NCBI GenBank assembly: GCA_049570475.1
Contig: CP186953.1
Span: 320,001-384,000 of the forward strand
From: Candidatus Methanosuratincola verstraetei
GTDB taxonomy: Archaea; Thermoproteota; Methanomethylicia; Methanomethylicales; Methanomethylicaceae
Direction: 5' to 3'
DNA length: 64,000 bases
Positions 57,358-64,000 of this stretch are shown here, piece after piece. The notes under the pieces were generated by a model. That model had not been told where the DNA came from, did no database searches, and saw only the letters and a program-made list of their open reading frames with translations. Position numbers and translations under genes: made by a program. The first letter of the stretch is position 1. Each line of letters starts with the position of its first letter.

Positions 57358-58143
57358 CTATTCGGATCCTTTCCCAGACTTGCGCCCAACCCTACAGATC
57401 AAAGCCGCAGTAACCGCAGCCCCAACGCCATTGTCGATGTTGACAACCACAAGACCAGGGGTGCAGCTCTGAAGCATAGCTGCTAGGGCCGCTTCCCCGC
57501 GCCCCCCGAAGCCGTAACCGGATGAAGTCGGCACCCCAATCACAGGCACAGGCGCCAAGCTACTGATCACTGACGCAAGTGCGCCCTCCATCCCCGCAAA
57601 CACAATGATCACATCCACATTCTTGTCCAGCGAATCCCTGACTGCCGGGAAGACTCTCTGGATGCCAGCTATCCCAACATCATAATACGAATAGACCGTG
57701 CAGCCCAGCGCCTCCAACACGAATTTGGCTTCTTCAGCTACGCGTATGTCTGCCGTGCCAGCAGTTATCAACGAGACTGCCCCGCGCTTTTCGGGATTAG
57801 CAGTGCCGCTACTTCGGATGACCGCTACTCTCCCGACCGGGCTGTACTTGACTTCAGGCTTTCCTTCCAGGCTAGACACGAGTGGCCCAAGCCTCTCCTC
57901 GTCGAGGCGGGTAATTATGACCCTCCCGGATTCCTCGAGGAAAGACTTGACGATTTTCTTCAGGGAGGCGCCATCTTTGCCGTCTGCTAGGATAATCTCG
58001 GGAACGCCCTTTCTAGCCTCCCTCGACAGGTCAAGGCAGGCCACCTCAATCTCCTTTATTGCAAGTAACCTGATCTTCTGCTCAGCTTCGTCAACGCTGA
58101 TCTTGCCAGAGCTGAGTTCTGAAAGCAACCTTCGGAGATCCAA
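57358..58143 (-). CDS. larB: NPN cofactor biosynthesis protein LarB
   Basis: GVPE, AGTAD, DVGIAG, AGMEGAL, PTSSGYG, NIDNG. Confidence 0.92.
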   Translation of the reverse strand: MDLRRLLSELSSGKISVDEAEQKIRLLAIKEIEVACLDLSREARKGVPEIILADGKDGASLKKIVKSFLEESGRVIITRLDEERLGPLVSSLEGKPEVKYSPVGRVAVIRSSGTANPEKRGAVSLITAGTADIRVAEEAKFVLEALGCTVYSYYDVGIAGIQRVFPAVRDSLDKNVDVIIVFAGMEGALASVISSLAPVPVIGVPTSSGYGFGGRGEAALAAMLQSCTPGLVVVNIDNGVGAAVTAALICRVGRKSGKGSE

Positions 58144-58182
58144 TTCGCAGCACCCATTTTAATATAGGCAGCCTCTGATCTT

Positions 58183-59427
58183 ATGAGGGTGGCGTATTTG
58201 AATTTGGTGCTCATTGATGCGTCTCTTGCAGGCGTGTCAGGAGATAAGCTGGTATCAGCATTCGCATCAGCCTCAGGCAGGAGCAGGGACCTCGAAGCGG
58301 CGATCAATGGCGCGTTAAAGTCGATCGGCAAAGAATCTTGCGAGGTCTTTTTCGAAGAGATTGAGAGCCAAGGAATTAAAGGGCTTCAGCTCAAGTTCAA
58401 GGATTCAGCGGTGGAGCACAAAAGCGAAGTTGGCGCCAGAACAGCAGGTGAAGCCATCGAGACCTTGACTGCTGCTGCCAAGGCGATAGGGCTCACTCAA
58501 GCCGGGGAAAGACTGGCACGAAGCGCGATGGATCTGCTCATCAGTACAGAAAAAGCAGCCCATGGAACTGAGCTCCTCCATGAGCTTGGGAGCGTAGACA
58601 CAGTGATAGACATCATCGGGACTTTTAAAGCCATTGAGCTATTGGGCGTTGAAGATTGCGCCTTTTTCACCACTCCAGTGGCTGTAGGCTTCGGTTCAGT
58701 GCGCTCTTCTCACGGGCTGCTCCCTGTCCCGGCCCCCGCAACCCTGTCAATAATGAGCCGCACCGGGATACCTATGGCCAGAGGTGAAGTACAGCAAGAA
58801 TTGACTACCCCGACAGGGGCGGCATTGTTGGCGGTCCTGACCTCCGGGAGGGTCGACTTTCCGCCTTTTAGAACAGCCCCAGGGGGGATTGGCATAGGCA
58901 TAGGGAAAAGGGAGATCGGATTCCCGAACATAACCAGGGTCATAATTGGAGAGGCGCTTGCCGGAACGAAAGATGAAGAGATCTTACTGGTCGAGTCCAA
59001 CGTCGATGATGTTGAAGGGGAGGTTTTGGGCTGGATATTCGAGAAGTTGAACGGGGTAGCAGAGGACGTCTGCATAATCCCGATGCTCACGAAAAAGAAC
59101 AGGCCAGGACACATAATAAGGGCCGTTGCCACTGCCGATTCGGTTGGTAAGGTCATAGACACGATTTTGAAGGAAACCGGAACGCTCGGGGTGAAGGTTT
59201 CGCCGTGGAGGAGGATCAAGGTTCATAGGGAAGAGAGCGTTGTCGATTTGGACATAAGAGGCAAGCCATACAGCGTGAGGGTCAAGACGAACCTCAGGAC
59301 GGGTAGGAGTAAGCCTGCTTATGATGATTGCAGGAAAGTGGCTTTGGAAGAGGGGTTGCCATTAAAGAGCGTTGTGGATCTCGTGCGGTCTAAGCTTCAG
59401 CCCTACGAAGATGGGGGCGATCGTTAG
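58183..59427 (+). CDS. larC: NPN cofactor nickel insertase LarC
   Basis: GVSGD, HELG..D, HGLLPVPAPAT, ELTTPTGA, ESNVDD, KKNRPG. Confidence 0.92.
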   Translation: MRVAYLNLVLIDASLAGVSGDKLVSAFASASGRSRDLEAAINGALKSIGKESCEVFFEEIESQGIKGLQLKFKDSAVEHKSEVGARTAGEAIETLTAAAKAIGLTQAGERLARSAMDLLISTEKAAHGTELLHELGSVDTVIDIIGTFKAIELLGVEDCAFFTTPVAVGFGSVRSSHGLLPVPAPATLSIMSRTGIPMARGEVQQELTTPTGAALLAVLTSGRVDFPPFRTAPGGIGIGIGKREIGFPNITRVIIGEALAGTKDEEILLVESNVDDVEGEVLGWIFEKLNGVAEDVCIIPMLTKKNRPGHIIRAVATADSVGKVIDTILKETGTLGVKVSPWRRIKVHREESVVDLDIRGKPYSVRVKTNLRTGRSKPAYDDCRKVALEEGLPLKSVVDLVRSKLQPYEDGGDR

Positions 59428-59442
59428 CCCCAAGAAAAGAAG

Positions 59443-59829
59443 TCAGCACTTCATCCTCACGGTGACCCATTCCCCTCGCTTAACCCGACGCACAGCCTCC
59501 AGAGGGGATACAAGTTTCCCAACAACGTTGACGGGGCTGTAGGGCTGCGAATCCCCAAAGAATACACAGAATGCCCTAGATGGGGGCCAATAAGCAAGCG
59601 TGCCGGGGGTCACAGTAGATCTTGGTTTCTCAGGCCCTGCCGAAACAGGGGTCTCGAAGTATATCTCTTCCTTCCAAAGGAAGGTTCTCGAAGTGAAAGG
59701 CAATGCACCCACGATAGACTCTACAGTCCTAGGAGAGAGTATTCGGGAGAGCACGCCCTCAGCTTTCGCGCTCTCAAACTCAATGAGGATCGGTATTTCT
59801 GATTCTTTGGAAGAGGGCAAAAAATGCAC
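59443..59829 (-). CDS. Cyclophilin-like fold protein (DUF369)
   Basis: W.EEIYF, AYWPP..AFCVFFG. Confidence 0.8.
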   Translation of the reverse strand: MHFLPSSKESEIPILIEFESAKAEGVLSRILSPRTVESIVGALPFTSRTFLWKEEIYFETPVSAGPEKPRSTVTPGTLAYWPPSRAFCVFFGDSQPYSPVNVVGKLVSPLEAVRRVKRGEWVTVRMKC

Positions 59830-59831
59830 CC

Positions 59832-60131
59832 TTAAGCCGCAGGCACATAGATGCTTACGCGCCGCGTCTTCTTTACTTCCTTGAGCAGCCCTTGGCTGAC
59901 CATTCCCTGGAGGAGATCCTTCGCTACGCTATACTTTAGGTTATATTTTGAGTAAATCTGGTATGGCGTCACGCAGACCATCTTCGGCACTTCTTTCCTT
60001 ATCTGATCCAAGACCTTTGGGTCTACCACCGAGGTGGCTGCCGACTTTACGATCTCCTTCTTCGCAGACTCCTTCTTCTCTGGAGCTTCGCCTTTCGCTG
60101 GCTTTGCAACAGTCTTTTTAGCCCCACCCAT
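59832..60131 (-). CDS. rps25e: 30S ribosomal protein eS25
   Basis: MGGAKK start, KEVPKM..VTPY..SVAK..L. Confidence 0.88.
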   Translation of the reverse strand: MGGAKKTVAKPAKGEAPEKKESAKKEIVKSAATSVVDPKVLDQIRKEVPKMVCVTPYQIYSKYNLKYSVAKDLLQGMVSQGLLKEVKKTRRVSIYVPAA

Positions 60132-60183
60132 AATACACACCTGACATCGGAAAAAGGTCAAGTTAACAATAAAAACGTTTTGG

Positions 60184-61629
60184 TTAAGGAGCTTTGCTGA
60201 AGGCCCTCTCAAACGGCTGCCTGTGTATCGAGTTCATTGTGCAGAATGGTATGATTCTGCCATCGGGAAGCGCATAGTGGATTGTGCATCGCCTAACCCT
60301 TTCCAAGTCGAAGTTATATGGATCCATGAAGTGCATGCAGCCGATCAGTACAACCTTGTGCATGAACTCCCCGAGGGAGTCGTAGTCGCCATGGAGCAGC
60401 ACTGAGGACAGTATGCTCCCGAGCAGCGCCTTGTTCACATACCGGGTCGCTCCTAGCAGGCGCATCTTCGCCCTTAACTTGGATCCTTTTACCGCGTCTT
60501 CATACACCTTCTCCATTGAATCCATGAACTTCTCGACATTGGCATATTTTGTGATCGGTACTAGCCTATCCCCCTCCGGGAGCAGCATGGTAGCCATGCC
60601 ACAGTGCTGGTGGTTTGTGAACGTCTGGTATCGCCTTCCCTTCAGGGCTCCCACAGCGTTCGATATAGGCACTACGACAGGGATGGGGTAGAAGTCCGAG
60701 GTCTTTACCTCCCCATTTGTCTGCGCCTCTACGAGCTTCAAGAAGTCAGGGATTGTGATGCGCATCTCCCTCAACCGGTTCTTGTCGATCCTGCCTGCCA
60801 TGGAGACGGGCTGGAAGTTCACGCCCCGGACCACGTCGTGGTTCTTGGCCGCGAATCGGATTATGTCACCGACCTGATCGTCATTAACTCCTCTCACCAG
60901 GGTAGGGACCAAGACAACACTATGGAGTCCGACTGATCTGCAGTTCTCGATTACCTTGAGTTTGGTCTGGAGGAGATCGACCCCCCTGGCAGCGATGTAT
61001 GGGCCTGGCTTCATGCCGTCGAACTGCAGATAAAGGGTGCTGAGACCGGCATCAATCAATCCCTTCAGGAAAGATGGATCATTGGATACACGTATGCCAT
61101 TGGTGTTGACCTCGATGTGATCGAAGCCTGCTTCCTTTGCCATCCGTATGATGTCAGGGAGGTCGTCCCTTAGAGTCGGCTCCCCTCCCGAGAACTGAAT
61201 CGAGTTCGGCGGGACAGGCCGGTTGCTCCTGAGGTTTTTCAGCATCTCTGCGATCTGATCCCTGGTGGGCTCATAGGCGTAACCGGCGGTTGCTGCATTG
61301 GCGAAGCAGATAGGGCACCGCAGATTGCACCTGTTGGTCACGTCGATTATGGCAAGAACGGTATGCGACCCATGTGATGGGCATATTCCGCAGTCGTACG
61401 GGCAGCCAGCTTCTGATTTTGTGCGGGGGTTTTCGAGACCGTCGCCGAGGCGTTCGTACCCCTCAGCCCTCTTGTAGAGCTCGTAATCGCTCCAATAAAT
61501 GTCCTCAAAGTGTCCGTGCTCTGCGCAGGTCTTGCGGATGTAAACCACGCCGTTGTCCTCATAAATCTCTGCCTCCAAAACCTTCATGCATTCAGGGCAG
61601 AGGCTTTTTGTCTTCTTCAGCACCTGCAT
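60184..61629 (-). CDS. tes: Radical SAM tetraether lipid synthase (Tes/GDGT-MAS, MJ0619 family)
   Basis: SLCPEC..C..HG, CPYDCGIC, CNLRCPIC, CGMAT, HFMDPYNFD.ERV..C, IIPFC. Confidence 0.85.
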   Translation of the reverse strand: MQVLKKTKSLCPECMKVLEAEIYEDNGVVYIRKTCAEHGHFEDIYWSDYELYKRAEGYERLGDGLENPRTKSEAGCPYDCGICPSHGSHTVLAIIDVTNRCNLRCPICFANAATAGYAYEPTRDQIAEMLKNLRSNRPVPPNSIQFSGGEPTLRDDLPDIIRMAKEAGFDHIEVNTNGIRVSNDPSFLKGLIDAGLSTLYLQFDGMKPGPYIAARGVDLLQTKLKVIENCRSVGLHSVVLVPTLVRGVNDDQVGDIIRFAAKNHDVVRGVNFQPVSMAGRIDKNRLREMRITIPDFLKLVEAQTNGEVKTSDFYPIPVVVPISNAVGALKGRRYQTFTNHQHCGMATMLLPEGDRLVPITKYANVEKFMDSMEKVYEDAVKGSKLRAKMRLLGATRYVNKALLGSILSSVLLHGDYDSLGEFMHKVVLIGCMHFMDPYNFDLERVRRCTIHYALPDGRIIPFCTMNSIHRQPFERAFSKAP

Positions 61630-61691
61630 AAGCGCTCATCCACGATAACAACATCCGTTTTATATTTGAAATTTTTTATACTATTCATACG

Positions 61692-62468
61692 GTGAATCGT
61701 ATGAGCGGCGAGTGGGGCATAATGAGCAGGCTGTCCCAGGTAGGGCTTACGGAAGGGGAGGGCAAAGTCTACTTGGCACTACTCAAAAGCAAGGCTGAAA
61801 TGGACGCCAAGGAGGTGAGCAAGGCATCTGGCATACCATATTCGAAGGTCTACACGATCCTTGAGAAGCTCGCCTCGAAATCCCTGATAAACGTGAGGGC
61901 GGGCAGACCGGCGATCTTCAGCGCAAGGGCGCCCTCTGATGGGCTATCGGAATATAAGAGGCAGGTTGCAAGGGAGCTCGACAGCAAGTTTGGGGAGCTG
62001 GAGGAGGCGCTCCAGGATCTGCAGGCCACCACGGATGCCGAGAGACCAGACATCTGGATCATCAAAAATACTGAAGACATTGTCAAAAAGGCATACTCGA
62101 CGATGATAAATGCAGTCAAGGAAGTCGACGTGGCGCTGCCATTCATGCCAGAATGGGCATCCGAAGAGCTCTACCCTACATTTTTGCGGCTGAGGGGCAG
62201 GGAGGTTTCGCTGAGGTTGCTGCTCTCGTCGCAGGTCCCGCGAGACAAGATAGAAGGGATCTCTAGAGTGGTCAGCGTCAGGGCGAGGGACAGGATGTTC
62301 GGAGGGGGCATCATAGTTGACGGGAACGAGGCTATACTATTCATTGCAAGCGAGGGGTCGAATCCAAGCGTGGCAATATGGTCGAACCACGTGGGACTGG
62401 TCCAAATTGCCAAGACTTACTTTGACAATCTGTGGGCTTCTTCGACACCGATGAATTCACAGGATTAG
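61692..62468 (+). CDS. TrmB-family transcriptional regulator
   Basis: GLTEGEGKVYLAL, SGIPYSKVY, C-terminal effector domain. Confidence 0.9.
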   Translation: MNRMSGEWGIMSRLSQVGLTEGEGKVYLALLKSKAEMDAKEVSKASGIPYSKVYTILEKLASKSLINVRAGRPAIFSARAPSDGLSEYKRQVARELDSKFGELEEALQDLQATTDAERPDIWIIKNTEDIVKKAYSTMINAVKEVDVALPFMPEWASEELYPTFLRLRGREVSLRLLLSSQVPRDKIEGISRVVSVRARDRMFGGGIIVDGNEAILFIASEGSNPSVAIWSNHVGLVQIAKTYFDNLWASSTPMNSQD

Positions 62469-62512
62469 GCCTGTTCAACAGTGATCGATGCAAATCGGCA
62501 TTGACGCATATC

Positions 62513-62577
62513 TGGGCTCTGTTCTGATGTCATACTTCATCTTGCACATCCGTAATACCAGCATTCATCATAGCCCA
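62513..62577 (-). ncRNA. C/D-box sRNA (2'-O-methylation guide)
   Basis: TGGGC/GCCCA terminal stem; C box ATGATGA, D' CGGA, C' AAGATGA, D CAGA; D' guide complementary to 16S GUAAUACCAGC; TTTATAAA box ~25 nt upstream. Confidence 0.75.
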
Positions 62578-62825
62578 ATATCATATCTTGACTAGTTTTT
62601 TATAAATCTGACTGATTGGTCGCCGCAGGTCCTGATTAAGCGCAACTGCCTGGAAGGGCATCCCTCGTGGAATGCAGAGGCGAATGCCGGCGTAGGTGAT
62701 GGAAATTCATGATAGAGGTGGACCTTCAAGAAACGCTTATTAATAGCCTAAAAATACTCTGCACTGTAACCTTTATGGTTATAAAATAGTTAGCATCACA
62801 AAGGTGCGCAGAACAGGCAGGTGGA

Positions 62826-63902
62826 ATGGAAATGACGATTAAGGTCGCAATAATTGGGGTAGGCAACTGCGCCAGCGCATTGATCCAAGGCACCTATTAC
62901 TACAGGAATGCGAAAGATGACGACTTCGTGCCGGGGCTTCTACACGTCAATATGGGAGGGTACCACGTAAAGGACATTGAATTTGTTGCTGCTTTTGACG
63001 TGGACTCCAGGAAGGTCGGGAAAGACCTCTCCAAGGCAATATTCTCGGAACCGAACAACACAAGGAAGTTCGCAGATGTGCCCAACCTCGGCGTTGAGGT
63101 GAAGAGGGGTCCGGTTATGGACGGCCTTGGCAAATACCTCAAAGGGTATGTCAAGGTGGACGAAGACGCAAAACCCGTAGACGTTGCAGCTGAACTCAAG
63201 GACTCTGGTGCAGAAGTGGTGGTCAACTACCTCCCCGTCGGATCGGAGCAGGCTGTGAGATGGTATGCTGAGCAGGTGCTGAAGGCAGGGTGCGCATTCG
63301 TGAACTGCATGCCTGTGTTCATCGCCTCCGACGACTCATGGGCAAAGAAGTTTGAGGAGAAGGGGCTGCCTGTTGCCGGCGACGACGTGATGAGCCAGAT
63401 TGGGGCGACCGTGCTCCACAAGACGCTTGCAAAGCTGCTCGTGGACCGCGGGGTTAAAGTGACCGAGAGCTACCAGCTGAACATAGGCGGGGACACTGAT
63501 TTCTTGAACATGCTCGAAGAGGAGAGGCTGATCTCAAAAAGGATAAGCAAAACTTCGGCAGTGGCTGCGATGATACCCTATAAAATACCGCTTAGGATAG
63601 GGCCCTCGGATTATGTCCCATTCCTGGACAACAAGAAGATCTGCTACGTGTACATGAAAGGAGAGTACTTCGGCGGGACTCCGGTCCAGATAGATGTCAA
63701 GCTCGACGTTTGGGACGCGCCTAACAGCGGCGGGGTAGTGATAGATGTGATAAGGGCGGCTCGGATTGCGCTTGACAGGGGGGTCGCAGGGAGGCTCATA
63801 GGCCCCTCTGCATTCGCATTCAAGCACCCTCCGATCCAGATGCCATACGAAGTTGCCAAGCAGAGATTCGAAGAATTCATTGAAGGCAAGGCTGAGAGGT
63901 AG
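62826..63902 (+). CDS. ino1: myo-inositol-1-phosphate synthase
   Basis: GVGNCAS, YLPVGS, GDD..SQ.GAT, QLN.GG.TDF, SK..SKT, GPSDY, FKHPP. Confidence 0.93.
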   Translation: MEMTIKVAIIGVGNCASALIQGTYYYRNAKDDDFVPGLLHVNMGGYHVKDIEFVAAFDVDSRKVGKDLSKAIFSEPNNTRKFADVPNLGVEVKRGPVMDGLGKYLKGYVKVDEDAKPVDVAAELKDSGAEVVVNYLPVGSEQAVRWYAEQVLKAGCAFVNCMPVFIASDDSWAKKFEEKGLPVAGDDVMSQIGATVLHKTLAKLLVDRGVKVTESYQLNIGGDTDFLNMLEEERLISKRISKTSAVAAMIPYKIPLRIGPSDYVPFLDNKKICYVYMKGEYFGGTPVQIDVKLDVWDAPNSGGVVIDVIRAARIALDRGVAGRLIGPSAFAFKHPPIQMPYEVAKQRFEEFIEGKAER

Positions 63903-64000
63903 AAAGGCGCCTCAAACCCTACTTGGGCGCTTCCCCGAAGGGTCGCACGGGGGATGCCGCAGGGTGCACAGCACGCTGCGCCTCCCAACTTCTTTCTCCA

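Noticed and set aside
63905-64000. GC-rich end of the window as a gene end or RNA
   Set aside because: Truncated by the window; more than one minus-strand frame is open and none can be supported.

Overview
This is a gene-dense archaeal chromosomal segment. A single-OB SSB, eS25, TFB, Rpo6, thermosome, topo VI, Tes, SepCysS, a DUF2117-like domain and form III RuBisCO together suggest an anaerobic TACK/Thermoproteota lineage such as Methanomethylicia or Bathyarchaeia (inference). Most of the window is housekeeping: dys, aIF-1, tfb, tRNA-Gln, tRNA-Cys/pscS, trpS, top6AB, an AMP-salvage RuBisCO operon, two purP genes, larBC, tes, two ino1-family genes and feoAB with a DtxR regulator. It also holds one IS200/IS605 element (tnpA+tnpB). 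The top candidate new system is at ~5.2-8.7 kb. Two tandem micro-ORFs absent from the ORF track, each with its own SD, encode the identical 15-aa peptide MKNYNPTPVRLWVPG (Trp 4th from the C-terminus). They converge stop-to-stop on a divergent trans-prenyltransferase that has lost its IPP-binding motifs, and are flanked by an MFS-type membrane protein and a CPBP/Rce1 protease. This looks like an archaeal ComQ/ComX-like prenylated-peptide (RiPP or pheromone) locus. Other items not in the ORF track or unusual in architecture: a ~260-nt structured ncRNA candidate, a C/D-box sRNA with a 16S-complementary guide, a TnpB lacking the Zn ribbon whose element appears inserted in a TATA box, a Cas2-like/DUF2117 fusion, a membrane-tethered degenerate LAGLIDADG protein, and a PIP-box tail on Top6B. 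All assignments come from motif recognition by eye; no searches were run.
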